Of a stretch of 64,000 nt of DNA, positions 19,202 to 29,171 are shown piece by piece. The notes beneath the pieces were generated by a model. That model did no database searches. It was not told where the DNA came from and saw only the letters and a list, made by a program, of their open reading frames with translations. Within the stretch, counting starts at the first letter, position 1; every line of letters begins with the position of its first letter. Both the position numbers and the translations under genes were made by a program. The stretch spans positions 1,184,001 to 1,248,000 of the forward strand of contig CBDFGR010000002.1 of NCBI GenBank assembly GCA_965247115.1, written 5' to 3'. The stretch comes from Myxococcota bacterium (GTDB lineage Bacteria > Myxococcota_A > UBA9160 > SZUA-336).

Positions 19202-19864
19202 ATGGCTGACATCGTGAACTGGCACATCGTCGGCGACTGGTTCGACAACTGCAGCTGCGCCATCGCGTGCCCGTGCACCTTCGCCCAGCCGCCGGACAAC
19301 AACTTCTGCGAGTCCGTGCTCTTCTGGCACGTGCGCGAGGGCTACTACGGCGATGTCCGGCTCGACGGCCTGAGCATGGTGCGGGTCGGGCGCTGGGAAG
19401 GCCATCTCTGGGCGGGTGAAGCCAAGGGCGCGGCCGGCATCTACATCGACGAGCGGGCCGACGAGCGTCAGGCCGAGGCGCTTCCCGCAATCATCGGCGG
19501 CCGAGTGGGCGGCTTCCCGTCGATGGTGGCGGACCTGTTCTCGGAAGGGCGCCAGGTGCTGGGGATCGAGCGCGCGGCGATAACCTTCGAAATCACCCCC
19601 GATCAATCCCGCTGGGGCGTGGAAATTGCCGGCAAGGTGAAGGCCTGGGCCGAGGCGCTGGTCGGGCCGACCAGCAACCCGGGCGAGTACCCACGCTTGA
19701 TGAATGCGCCTGGATCCGAGACCGGTCCCGGCCCGCAGCTCGTGACCTGGGGCACGTCGACCGTGTGCAAGGTCGACGCCTTCGGGTATGACTTCGAGTG
19801 GACGGTCAACTCCGCCAAGCACATACCCTTCGACTGGCGCGGCCCGCAATGGGACCGGCCTTGA
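19202..19864 (+). CDS. DUF1326 domain protein
   Basis: WHIVGDWFDNCSCAIACPC, YIDERADERQAEAL. Confidence 0.9.
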   Translation: MADIVNWHIVGDWFDNCSCAIACPCTFAQPPDNNFCESVLFWHVREGYYGDVRLDGLSMVRVGRWEGHLWAGEAKGAAGIYIDERADERQAEALPAIIGGRVGGFPSMVADLFSEGRQVLGIERAAITFEITPDQSRWGVEIAGKVKAWAEALVGPTSNPGEYPRLMNAPGSETGPGPQLVTWGTSTVCKVDAFGYDFEWTVNSAKHIPFDWRGPQWDRP

Positions 19865-19921
19865 AGGGCAGGGATCAGGCGACTGCCACCCCCTTGGCGA
19901 CCAGCGCGTCCATCCGCTCGT

Positions 19922-20068
19922 CGGGGGTGGCGCCTCGTCTCCGTGGACGAGGCCCTGGATACCGGCACCGCGGCGGGGCGGCTCATGCTCACCGTCCTCG
20001 CGGGCCTTGCACAGGTGGAGCGGTAGCAGGTGGGCGAGCGGGTCCGGTCGGCGATGGACCGCGTCGCC
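19922..20068 (+). pseudogene. Serine recombinase (resolvase) relic
   Basis: RGWRLVSVDEALDTGTAAGRLMLTVLAGLAQVER*QVGERVRSAMDRVA, with an in-frame TAG at 20024. Confidence 0.8.
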
Positions 20069-20178
20069 TGTTCATGTGCACGCCGCGCGGGCGGATCTTC
20101 CGTAGGTCGGGAACCACCAATCTGAGGGCCGACGGACCGGTTACTAATTCTCAAGCGGGAGGCGAACCACTCCCCGCA

Positions 20179-20417
20179 GCGCCTCAGGGAAGACCCAGCG
20201 CCACCAACTCGGCGGGGTGATCCTCGCCGCCGATCGCCACCACGATGTACTGCTTGCCGTTCCACAGGCAGCTCATCGGTGCTCCAGTGGTCCCTGCAGC
20301 CAGCGCGGTTTCCCAAAGGACGGTGCCGGTGGCCTTGTCGTAGGCGCGAAACTTGTTTCCACCACCGCCTTTCGGGGTCGCTACGATGATCGGACTGCCC
20401 TCACCGATGAAGAGGAG
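20179..20417 (-). repeat. 239-bp copy of the 3' end of the PQQ dehydrogenase gene (matches 22683-22921)
   Basis: Direct repeat at offset 2504 with 5 mismatches counted by eye. Confidence 0.95.
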
Positions 20418-20459
20418 AAACGGGTCCGGCGCAGCGCGTCCGAAGTCTCGACGATCGCG

Positions 20460-21377
20460 CTAAGACGCACGCGTTTCGCCTGCCAAAGCCTTCTTCCCGA
20501 GCTCGCGTAGATACGTGCGCTGAAAGGCGACGTAGCCCGACTGCGTGACGCCGAGGCGGTCGACCAGCCGCTCGTGCAGGAGCGGCAGGGCGTGGAAGGG
20601 TACGCCCGTACAGGCGTGATGCTCAGCGTGGTAGGGCATGTTCCACATCAGGAAGCGCACCGGCGCCGCGGTAAAGGTCGTTCGGGTGTTCTCGAGCATG
20701 TCGGGCACATGCGGGCAGCCGCTGTGCTCCGCCAGGAGCACCAGCCGCAGCCAGGGCTGGCCCAGCAGCAGAGGCAACCACCAGTAGAGGAGCGGGGCCA
20801 TCCACCCCGTCGCGACCGCCCCACCCGCGATCACCAGATAGGCTGCCGCGTGCCAGCGTGCCTCGCGAACGATGCGCCCGCGTTGGACCTCGGGCACGTA
20901 GGGGGCCGACACCCTTCCGCAGGCGTGTCGCCAGAGCTCGCCAAAGCGCTGCGCCCAGTTGTCCCCGCCGCCGACGTGGTGGACATATCGCGACAGGCTC
21001 GCTGGACGCGGCGTGACGAGCTCGGGATCGTGCGCCGGATCGCCCGTGAAGCGGTGATGGGCCAGGTGGAAGAGCCGGAAGTGCCGGGCGGGAAGCAGCT
21101 GAAGAAAGCCGATCGTCGCGGCCACCGCGTCGCTCAGGCGCCGGCTCGAGAACGCCGTTCGGTGTACGGACTCGTGCAGCCCCGCGAAGAGGGCCACCAG
21201 GACGATCCCGTGCGCCAGGAGTGCCGGCGCGACCCAGATGCTCCCAGTCGTCAGGCGGATGGCGACCCCGGTGCCCAGCAAGAGTCCTGTGTGCGCCCCG
21301 AGACGGAGGAGCCCCGTCAGGTTGGAACGGTCCGTCAGGCCCTCGATCTCGGTCAGCGGAGCTGCGGTCCCGTGCAC
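20460..21377 (-). CDS. Fatty acid desaturase family protein (MocD-like)
   Basis: His boxes HESVH, HLAHH and HAEHH; LAEHSGC. Confidence 0.9.
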   Translation of the reverse strand: MHGTAAPLTEIEGLTDRSNLTGLLRLGAHTGLLLGTGVAIRLTTGSIWVAPALLAHGIVLVALFAGLHESVHRTAFSSRRLSDAVAATIGFLQLLPARHFRLFHLAHHRFTGDPAHDPELVTPRPASLSRYVHHVGGGDNWAQRFGELWRHACGRVSAPYVPEVQRGRIVREARWHAAAYLVIAGGAVATGWMAPLLYWWLPLLLGQPWLRLVLLAEHSGCPHVPDMLENTRTTFTAAPVRFLMWNMPYHAEHHACTGVPFHALPLLHERLVDRLGVTQSGYVAFQRTYLRELGKKALAGETRAS

Positions 21378-21424
21378 GCGGAGATTGTAAGCACTTGTCT
21401 GCCCCGAGTGGGTATCCTCGGCGG

Positions 21425-22204
21425 ATGCTGCTCGAGAACAGGATCTGCCTCGTCACCGGCGCCGGGGCGGGCATGGGCCGGGCCATCGCGCTCCGGTACG
21501 CGCGTGAGGGGGCCAGCGTTGCCCTGGCCGAGATCGACGCGGACGCCGGCAAGCAGGTCGAGGGCGAGATCTCCGCGCTGGGTCGGCCCGCCCACTTCGT
21601 TCAGACCGACATGGCAAGGCTCTCCGAAATCGAGCGCCTGGTCGAGCAGACGGTTGGCGCCTTTGGCCGGATCGACGTGCTGGTGAACAACGCGGGCGTG
21701 ACGCGCAGCCTCGGTTTCTTCGATGTATCGGAAGCCGACTGGGACTGGATCCACTCCGTGAACGCGAAGGGCCTGTTCTTTTGCATGCAGGCGGTGGCGC
21801 GACAGATGCGCGCGCAGGGCGGCGGCCGGATCATCAACATCGCCTCGATCGCCGCCAAGGGCTACCGGGGCACCTCCAACGTCGCCTATGCGGGCTCCAA
21901 GGGTGCCGTGGTCGCGATGACGCGGGTCGGCGCCTCCCAGCTGGCGCGCTTCGACATCACGGTGAACGCGATCTGCCCGGGCGTGACGAGCACGGGCATG
22001 CTCGAGGGCCTGATGCAAGAAGCGGTCGAGCGCCGGGAGATCAGCGAGGAAGACTTCCTGGCGCGCATCGACGCGTCGATCCCGTTGCGCCGCTCCAACA
22101 GCCCCGAAGACATCGCCGGATTGGCGCTGTTCCTGGCCTCCGACGCCGCGCGCAACGTGACCGGCCAGTCGTGGAACGTCGACGGCGGCCTCGTCAACGA
22201 CTGA
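21425..22204 (+). CDS. SDR family oxidoreductase
   Basis: TGAGAGMG, NNAG, YAGSK, VTGQSWNVDGG. Confidence 0.93.
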   Translation: MLLENRICLVTGAGAGMGRAIALRYAREGASVALAEIDADAGKQVEGEISALGRPAHFVQTDMARLSEIERLVEQTVGAFGRIDVLVNNAGVTRSLGFFDVSEADWDWIHSVNAKGLFFCMQAVARQMRAQGGGRIINIASIAAKGYRGTSNVAYAGSKGAVVAMTRVGASQLARFDITVNAICPGVTSTGMLEGLMQEAVERREISEEDFLARIDASIPLRRSNSPEDIAGLALFLASDAARNVTGQSWNVDGGLVND

Positions 22205-22288
22205 TTTTTGAGCCGGCGGGTCCTCCGCGGTCTCGACCAGATTCTACGCCTCGCCGGCGCCCGGGAAGACCAACCGATGGGCGGGCGT

Positions 22289-22640
22289 TCATTCGCCCTC
22301 GAACGCATGATCGCCAGCACGTCCTCTCGCCTCTTCTTCCTCAAGATGCCGGGTCACCTCTTTCCACCGCGGGTCGGCGCGCATCGCTGTGAACGTCGGA
22401 TCGAGCCGTAGAGATTGGAGGAACACTACTGAGTGCTCTTCTACTGCACGATGAACCCAGTGGAACGCTCGGTCATAGTCTCCCAATGCGTCCGTCCGCA
22501 TCGTAAATCCTGATTGCTCGGCGATAGTGGTCGAGCGCTGCAGTGATGTTGCCGCGGCGACGCGCGAGATCGCCCAAACTGCCATGAAACCAGCGGGCGT
22601 TCGGATGGAGCGGCTCCACCTGGGCGTCGATTTGGTCTTC
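22289..22640 (-). pseudogene. Frameshifted TPR C-terminal relic of a cyclase/TolB-like-TPR protein
   Basis: LGDLARRRGNITAALDHYRRAI in one frame, ALGDYDRAFHWVHRAVEE...LDPTFTAMRADPRW in another. Confidence 0.6.
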
Positions 22641-22687
22641 TCGTTTCGAGCAACGCAGATGGCGTTGCTCGACCGGATCGCGGCGCC

Positions 22688-24706
22688 TCAGGGAAGACCC
22701 AGCGCCACCAACTCGGCGGGGTGATCCTCGCCGCCGATCGCCACCACGATGTACTGCTTGCCGTTCCACATGTAGCTCATCGGTGCTCCAGTGGTCCCTG
22801 CAGCCAGCGCGGTTTCCCAAAGGACGGTGCCCGTGGCCTTGTCGTAGGCGCGAAACTTGTTTCCCCCACCGCCTTTCGGGGTCGCCACGATGATCGGACT
22901 GCCCTCACCGATGAAGAGGAGCGTCTTCGTGAGTAGTGGAGCCGGGCGGCCTTGCTGCCCCAGGGGAGGCAGATTCAGGTGCCGCAAGCGCGGGTGATTG
23001 CGCGGGCCGTCTCCGTTGGGGGTCATCCACACATGATCGCCTGTATTCAGATCGATCGCGGTGATGCGGCCATACGGTGGCTTGACGAGCGGCAGGCCCT
23101 CCGGACCGTGGATCTCGAACTGCGGACAGCAGTCGCCCTTTCCGGAGAGCGGCGGCCCCGCTGGCCCGTGCATGTACGGCGTCGTCGCCTCGATCAACGC
23201 GGGGGGCCTGACGAGATCGTTCACCCAGGGGTGCGTGTGCGATGCGACGTAGAAGATCCCCGTCTCGGGGTCGAACCCCCCACCGTTCCAGTTCGCGCCT
23301 CCAGCCCCACCCGGAAGGGTGATCGTGCCCTGCGTGTGCCCCTCTGCCGCCACCGACGGCGGCGTGAAGAGCGGCCCGAGCACATACGGTTTGACGATCT
23401 CGAGCGCCTCCGCCCGCAGCTCCGGCGTGAAATCGATCAGATCGTCGACGGTGAATCCCTGACGGTCGAACGGGGCCGGCTTGGTCGGGAAGGGCTGTGT
23501 GGGCCACGCCCTCTCCCCGGGCGTCGTGGACGCCGGAACCGGCCGCTCTTCGATCGGCCACACGGGCTCCCCCGTCACGCGGTCAAACACGAACAGGAAG
23601 CCGTGCTTGGTGAGCTGCATCACCGCCTTGATGGGCTTCCCAGCGACGGTGATATCGCCGAGCACCGGCGCCGACGCCAGGTCGTAGTCCCAGATGTCGT
23701 GATGCACGAGCTGGTAGTGCCACACCCGCTGGCCCGTTTTCGCGTCGAGGCACACGAGACTGTTGGCGAAGAGAGTCTGTCCGGGCCGGTGGGCACCGTA
23801 GAAGCCGTGTACGGGAGAGGACAGTGGCAGATAGACGTAGCCCAGCTCCTCATCAACGGTGAGGGGCGCCCAAGCCCCCATGGCCCCGCCGATCTTCCAG
23901 GAGTCGTCTTCCCATGTCTCGAAGCCGAATTCCCCCGGCTGCGGCACCACATGGAAGGTCCAGCGCAGACGGCCGGTCCGCACGTCATACCCTCGGACAT
24001 CCTCCGCAGGTCCCTCCTTCACCACTGGAAAGTCGCTACCGGCGCCGCCGCCGCCAACGATGACCACGTCGCCCACGACGATGGGGCCTGACGACCCGCC
24101 GGCGGGAATCAACGCAGTAGGGTCGTCCCTCTTCAGATCCACCTTCCCACCATCGCCAAAGTCTCGAACCAGGCTCCCCGTCTCCGCGCTCATCGACACG
24201 AGATAGTCGCCTCGCACCGAGAAGATTCTCTGGCTCGAACCGCTGCTCCAGTGAGCGACCCCCCGCGTGCTGTTCCCGGCCACGCCCCGAAACCCCTCAT
24301 GGAGCGGTTCCTGGATCCAGAGCGTCTCGCCGGTCCCGGGATCGATCGCTTCCACCAACCCGATGCTGTTCGATGTGTAGAGCACGCCGCCAATCATGAG
24401 GGGCGTCGATCGGAAGTTATTGAATGGGCTCAGGTCAGGAAACGTCTCCGTGAGCTCGGGATCCACGCCTGGCCGGCGCCAGAGAACGCGAAGCTGGCTG
24501 ACGTTGTCGCGATCGATCTGCGCCAGAGGGGTGTACTTCGTGTTTGCTCCATCGGCGCCGTAGCTACTCCATTCACCATGGGCCGCCGGCTGCTGGGCAT
24601 GGACCTTATCCGCCTGCACTCCGAACAGGCTCAAGTAGAGCCCCACAATCAGGATTCGTCGGATCCGTTTCCCGCTATCGGTAGGACTGACCACGCTAGC
24701 GTCCAT
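22688..24706 (-). CDS. PQQ-dependent dehydrogenase (quinoprotein glucose dehydrogenase-like)
   Basis: EWSSYG...YTPLAQIDRDNV, WHYQLVHHDIWDYD, KPPYGRITAIDL, GAPMSY..NGKQYIV. Confidence 0.92.
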   Translation of the reverse strand: MDASVVSPTDSGKRIRRILIVGLYLSLFGVQADKVHAQQPAAHGEWSSYGADGANTKYTPLAQIDRDNVSQLRVLWRRPGVDPELTETFPDLSPFNNFRSTPLMIGGVLYTSNSIGLVEAIDPGTGETLWIQEPLHEGFRGVAGNSTRGVAHWSSGSSQRIFSVRGDYLVSMSAETGSLVRDFGDGGKVDLKRDDPTALIPAGGSSGPIVVGDVVIVGGGGAGSDFPVVKEGPAEDVRGYDVRTGRLRWTFHVVPQPGEFGFETWEDDSWKIGGAMGAWAPLTVDEELGYVYLPLSSPVHGFYGAHRPGQTLFANSLVCLDAKTGQRVWHYQLVHHDIWDYDLASAPVLGDITVAGKPIKAVMQLTKHGFLFVFDRVTGEPVWPIEERPVPASTTPGERAWPTQPFPTKPAPFDRQGFTVDDLIDFTPELRAEALEIVKPYVLGPLFTPPSVAAEGHTQGTITLPGGAGGANWNGGGFDPETGIFYVASHTHPWVNDLVRPPALIEATTPYMHGPAGPPLSGKGDCCPQFEIHGPEGLPLVKPPYGRITAIDLNTGDHVWMTPNGDGPRNHPRLRHLNLPPLGQQGRPAPLLTKTLLFIGEGSPIIVATPKGGGGNKFRAYDKATGTVLWETALAAGTTGAPMSYMWNGKQYIVVAIGGEDHPAELVALGLP

Positions 24707-24895
24707 CGTGCACCTCCAATCGCAGAAGTCTACGAGAGCTCGTTGGTCTCTGACAAGCGCATCAAGCAGCTCGAGCGGAACGCAGCTGAGCTGCGGAGGC
24801 GTTGTGGAGACAACTCCAACGTTCTGTCATAACTAGGTTTTCTTCGAGCGCTTCAAGGGCTGTGGAGGCCCCATGCGTAGGATGTGACGACGCGG

Positions 24896-25669
24896 ATGAG
24901 ATGTCTCCTCGTTTCCGACCTCCACTACGTCCTCAAGCAGTTCGACTGGGTTCTGGGGACGGCGGAGCAATTCGACGTGGTCGTAGTCGCGGGCGATCAC
25001 ATCGACATCTCCTCGAGCGTCGACGCTCGTACGCAGATCCTCGTGATCTCGAAGTACCTCAGACAGCTGAGAGCCAAGACCCGCGTCCTCGTCTGCTCGG
25101 GAAATCACGACCTGGATACCCGAAACGACGCCGGCGAGAAGTACGCCCGCTGGGTGTCCGCACTTCGCGCCCAGGAGATCCCGACCGACGGAGATTCTTA
25201 CGAGACCCACGAGACACTGTTCACGGTCTGTCCGTGGTGGGACGGCCCGCAGACCCAACGGGCCGTCGGCGCGCTCCTGGAGCGCGACGCCGCCAAGAAG
25301 AAAGCCGCCTGGATCTGGGTCTACCACGCTCCGCCGAGCGACTCGCCGACCTGCCAGGCGGGCAAGCGCTCCATCGGTGACGATGCTCTCGCGGGCTGGA
25401 TCGACCACTACGAGCCGCAGATCGTTCTCTGCGGACACATCCACCAGTCGCCGTTTTCCAAGGACGGGTCCTGGGTCGATCACAGAGGCTCCACGTGGGT
25501 GTTCAACGCGGGCCGACAGATCGGCCCGGTGCCGACCCACGTCATCTTCGACACCGAACGAGAGGCGGCAGTCTGGTTCTCACTGGCTGGCGCCGAGGCC
25601 ATCGCGCTCGATCGTCCGCTCGAGCGACCGATTCCCGAGCTGACTGAGCTACCGGACTGGCTCAGATAG
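24896..25669 (+). CDS. Metallophosphoesterase
   Basis: SDLHY, AGDHID, SGNHD, YHAPP, GHIH. Confidence 0.9.
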   Translation: MRCLLVSDLHYVLKQFDWVLGTAEQFDVVVVAGDHIDISSSVDARTQILVISKYLRQLRAKTRVLVCSGNHDLDTRNDAGEKYARWVSALRAQEIPTDGDSYETHETLFTVCPWWDGPQTQRAVGALLERDAAKKKAAWIWVYHAPPSDSPTCQAGKRSIGDDALAGWIDHYEPQIVLCGHIHQSPFSKDGSWVDHRGSTWVFNAGRQIGPVPTHVIFDTEREAAVWFSLAGAEAIALDRPLERPIPELTELPDWLR

Positions 25670-26150
25670 TCGTGTCCGGGTCGCGCTCGGAGCCAAGCTC
25701 GAGCTCTTCGTCTTGTTGATGGACAAGCGCCTCGAGCACTTCGTCGATCATTCCGAAGTGCTCGTCGCTCCCTTCGAACTGCCTCTTCAGATCGACGAGA
25801 TAGCCCGTGATGCTATCGAGGCGCTGCGCGAGAAGTGTGGCAACGCCGTAGGTCACCTCGGTGTGGGACTTGAGGAATTCGGCCGCGCGCTCGACCCGGT
25901 GAACGCGACACTCCGAGATCGTCTTGACCGTCGCTGTGTGCGCGATGTCGAGCAGCACCGAGACCTCGCCGAACAGGGATCCGGGCTCTTCGACCGTGCG
26001 GATCTGGAAGCCGCCCTTGAGAATCTCGATCGATCCATCGATCAGGACGCAGAGAACTCCCGCGCGTCCCCCCTCCTCGAGCAGGACCTCGCCGGCAGCC
26101 ACCCGCTCCTCCGCAAGGTCGCCGCAGTGATTGAGTATCAAGCGCGCCAC
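25662..26150 (-). CDS. Cyclic-nucleotide-binding domain protein
   Basis: GEVLLEEG...GSIEILK...PGSLFGEVSVLL...HTATVK; start uncertain. Confidence 0.85.
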   Translation of the reverse strand: MARLILNHCGDLAEERVAAGEVLLEEGGRAGVLCVLIDGSIEILKGGFQIRTVEEPGSLFGEVSVLLDIAHTATVKTISECRVHRVERAAEFLKSHTEVTYGVATLLAQRLDSITGYLVDLKRQFEGSDEHFGMIDEVLEALVHQQDEELELGSERDPDTTI

Positions 26151-26154
26151 TTCT

Positions 26155-27453
26155 TCACTGCGACTCGACTTCGGGACAGGGCGATTCGGGGAAGCAGGCA
26201 TCCGAGAACCAGGCATCGAAGTCTTCGTAGGAGCGGATTTCTGTCGCTTCGAGGAGGGCTCCGGCCTGGTCGATCAGGCCCGGCGTGACGACAAGGGCCG
26301 TCCGGTCGTCGAGCATGACGGTAGGCGTGCCCGAGAGCGGTGCCTGCTCCGCGATCTGCTGGGCAATCGAGCCGTACCGTGACGCGAAGTCCTGAGCGGC
26401 TGCGTTGGAAGACCAGCGCGTCAGCCAGACGAGCTCCCATGTAGCGCCGCAGGCGATCTGAAGAAAGCGGTCGCCGCGCCATGTTCGTGCGACGCTCTCA
26501 CGCTCTGCAACGCCCTGGTACTGCTTGAACAGCGTGTCGATCGTGACGGCCCCGGCGACGTTGTCGGCTCCGAGCTCGCAGCCACGGACAGCGAGATGTT
26601 CGGAGAGCTCCCGCCGTGGAAGTGAGACGAACTCGACGGGAACGCGGTGCTCGGGAAGCGAGACCGCTGCGGTGGACAGCGGGGCATTCTCGAGTGCTCG
26701 ATCAAGCGCGGAGTTTCCGCCCTTGCTGTACTGCCGCGCTGCAAAGACCGTCCCCTCCGCGTAGGGAAAGACCAGTCCCACCTGCAGCAGGAGCGGGACC
26801 TGGGCCATGACACCGCGGGGATCCGTCAGACTCTCCCGAAAGAGCGAGCGCACGCGTTCGGCACTCTGGATGTCGCGCCGCATCCCCCCGCCCTCCACCC
26901 CGAGCATCGTCAAGGAGGCATCCCCCTCCATGGTGGCACCGAGCGCGCTCACCAGGTCGTCGTTTCGCCGGAGCTGCATGGCCACCGCGAGCGTGCGGCG
27001 AAAGTGCTGATGGTGCAGAGCGTGGACAAGCTCGTGTACGACGATAGGGCCAGCGTAGGCCGCAGCGGGATCCGCTACGACGTACATGGTGCGCTTCCGC
27101 GGGCTGTACAGGCCCAGCAGCTGCTCCTCGTAGAGGCCGAGCAGGGTCTCGACCAGGTCGATCCCCGGCGGGAGCATTCCGAGCGCGACGTAAGCATCGC
27201 GATACCGGGCCTGGTCGCCGGCGTAGGCGGACTCGAGCTCCTCGCGGACGATCGCGGAGGTATCTCCGGGACGGAGCCAGCGGAAGCGGACGGGTCCTGC
27301 AAACTCCAGCCCCCGCAGCCGCACGGCTTCGGCCTTCCAGCTCGCAACGACGGGGTCATCGCCCTGCTCGGAGACTCCCGCACAGGCAACGACCAGTGCG
27401 CTCGCGCACAGGCCGAGAGCCGGAGCCAGCCAGTTGGCCCTCAGATTCCCCAC
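26155..27453 (-). CDS. Lipoprotein with a zincin-like HExxH motif
   Basis: LVVAC lipobox, LGLYSP, VHELVHALHHQHF, EGDA, FPYAEG. Confidence 0.8.
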   Translation of the reverse strand: MGNLRANWLAPALGLCASALVVACAGVSEQGDDPVVASWKAEAVRLRGLEFAGPVRFRWLRPGDTSAIVREELESAYAGDQARYRDAYVALGMLPPGIDLVETLLGLYEEQLLGLYSPRKRTMYVVADPAAAYAGPIVVHELVHALHHQHFRRTLAVAMQLRRNDDLVSALGATMEGDASLTMLGVEGGGMRRDIQSAERVRSLFRESLTDPRGVMAQVPLLLQVGLVFPYAEGTVFAARQYSKGGNSALDRALENAPLSTAAVSLPEHRVPVEFVSLPRRELSEHLAVRGCELGADNVAGAVTIDTLFKQYQGVAERESVARTWRGDRFLQIACGATWELVWLTRWSSNAAAQDFASRYGSIAQQIAEQAPLSGTPTVMLDDRTALVVTPGLIDQAGALLEATEIRSYEDFDAWFSDACFPESPCPEVESQ

Positions 27454-29090
27454 CCGCTGCGATGCACGATCGGAAGGCGCCGACCACTCCCGTACGCCTT
27501 CGTGCTCACGCGGAGCACGATCGGGGCCTGGCGTCGCTTGTATTCGTTCCGATCGATTTGCCGCAGCACCCAGGCCACGGTTTCCTGTGTCGCCCCTGCC
27601 GGCGGCTGGATCGCGTCGCCGGGCAGGCCTTGCTCGATGGCCTGCGCCAGGATCTCGTCCAGCACTTCATAGGGAGGGAGCGAGTCCGTGTCGAGCTGGT
27701 CTGGGGCGAGCTCTGCCGAGGGAGGCTTGTTGATCGTGTTGTGCGGCACGCGCGGCTCGCCGAGGTTGGAGTGGCGCGCCAGCCCGTACACATCGCGCTT
27801 GAGCACGTCGCCGATCACCGCCAACCCGCCTACGAGATCACCGTAGAGTGTCGTGTAGCCGACCGAGAGCTCGCTCTTGTTCCCCGTCGCCAGCACGATC
27901 CGACCCTCGTGGTTGCTCTCCGCCATCAGCAGCGAGCCACGAATTCGCGCCTGGATGTTCTCCTGCGTGAGCCCGTAGCTCTCGCTCGGACCGAACAAGC
28001 CGGCAAACTGCTCGAGATACGCCTTGTAGATCGAGTCGATCCGAACGAGCCGGACGTCGATGCCAAGGTTTCGCCCGAGAGTCTCTGCGTCGCGAATGCT
28101 GTGCTCGGAGGAGAAGGGACCAGGCATCAGGATCCCGAGCACGTTCTCCGCACCGAGGGCGCGCTCGGCGATGTGGGCGGTGACCGCGGAATCGATCCCT
28201 CCCGACAGCCCGATCACGGCCGTGCTCAACCCGAGCTTGTGCAGGTAGTCACGTACACCGAGCACCAGAGCGCGCTCGAGCAGCTCGAGATCCGGCTCGA
28301 GCGGCGTGACCTCGGGACGACCACTCTCGAAGGGGTCGACGACCGCAAAGTCCTCGTCAAAGCGCGCCAGCCGCTCGACCACGCTGCCCGAGGCGTCGAC
28401 CACGAAGCTCGTGCCGTCGAAGATCAGCTCGTCGTTCCCGCCGACGAGATTCACGAATACGATCGGGACGCGATGCCGACACGCCGCATCGCGGAGCATG
28501 GACTCGCGCAGTTGGATCTTGCCCTGCTCCCACGGCGAGGCCGAGATGGTCAGGATGAGCTCGGCACCCTGCGCCACGAGCTCGTCGACAGGGTCAACGG
28601 GATACGGTCGGCTCTCGCCCCAGAACTCGCCGCTCCAGACGTCCTCGCAGATGCTGAGCCCGATCTTCCTGCCGCGGAAGGTCCAGAGCCGGCGCGTGTC
28701 CGCGGGCTCGAAGTAGCGAGACTCGTCGAACACATCGTAGGCAGGGAGCAGCGTCTTGGGCTGGACGTGGGCGATCCGGCCGTCTTCGAGCGCCACGGCC
28801 GCGTTGCCGATCTTCTTGGGGCGCCCGCCAGGCGCCGGCATGATCGCCCCGGTGACGACCGTCATGTCCTCGGTGTCCGGCAAGAGCGCGTCGAGTGCCG
28901 CCGTCTGATCGCGCAGAAAGGTCGGGCGCTCGAGCAGATCCAGCGGCGGATAACCGCAGATGCCGAGCTCGGGGACCACCACAAGGTCCGCCGAGGCTTC
29001 GCGCGCCCGGGCGATCGCGTCGCGGATCCGACTCAGGTTGCCGTCGAAGTCCCCGACCGTGAGATTCACCTGTGCGATCGCAAGCCGCAT
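27441..29090 (-). CDS. nadE: Glutamine-dependent NAD+ synthetase
   Basis: Nitrilase domain (PEL, ICEDVW) followed by GLSGGIDS, NIQARIRG, TGNKSE and NEYKRRQAP. Confidence 0.96.
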   Translation of the reverse strand: MRLAIAQVNLTVGDFDGNLSRIRDAIARAREASADLVVVPELGICGYPPLDLLERPTFLRDQTAALDALLPDTEDMTVVTGAIMPAPGGRPKKIGNAAVALEDGRIAHVQPKTLLPAYDVFDESRYFEPADTRRLWTFRGRKIGLSICEDVWSGEFWGESRPYPVDPVDELVAQGAELILTISASPWEQGKIQLRESMLRDAACRHRVPIVFVNLVGGNDELIFDGTSFVVDASGSVVERLARFDEDFAVVDPFESGRPEVTPLEPDLELLERALVLGVRDYLHKLGLSTAVIGLSGGIDSAVTAHIAERALGAENVLGILMPGPFSSEHSIRDAETLGRNLGIDVRLVRIDSIYKAYLEQFAGLFGPSESYGLTQENIQARIRGSLLMAESNHEGRIVLATGNKSELSVGYTTLYGDLVGGLAVIGDVLKRDVYGLARHSNLGEPRVPHNTINKPPSAELAPDQLDTDSLPPYEVLDEILAQAIEQGLPGDAIQPPAGATQETVAWVLRQIDRNEYKRRQAPIVLRVSTKAYGSGRRLPIVHRSGWGI

Positions 29091-29171
29091 CGCTGCCCGC
29101 CCACCGAGTCGTTCTCACCATAGCGCCTCCACCTGGGGCGCACAGGGGCGCTGAGAGCCTCGCAGCCCGGG

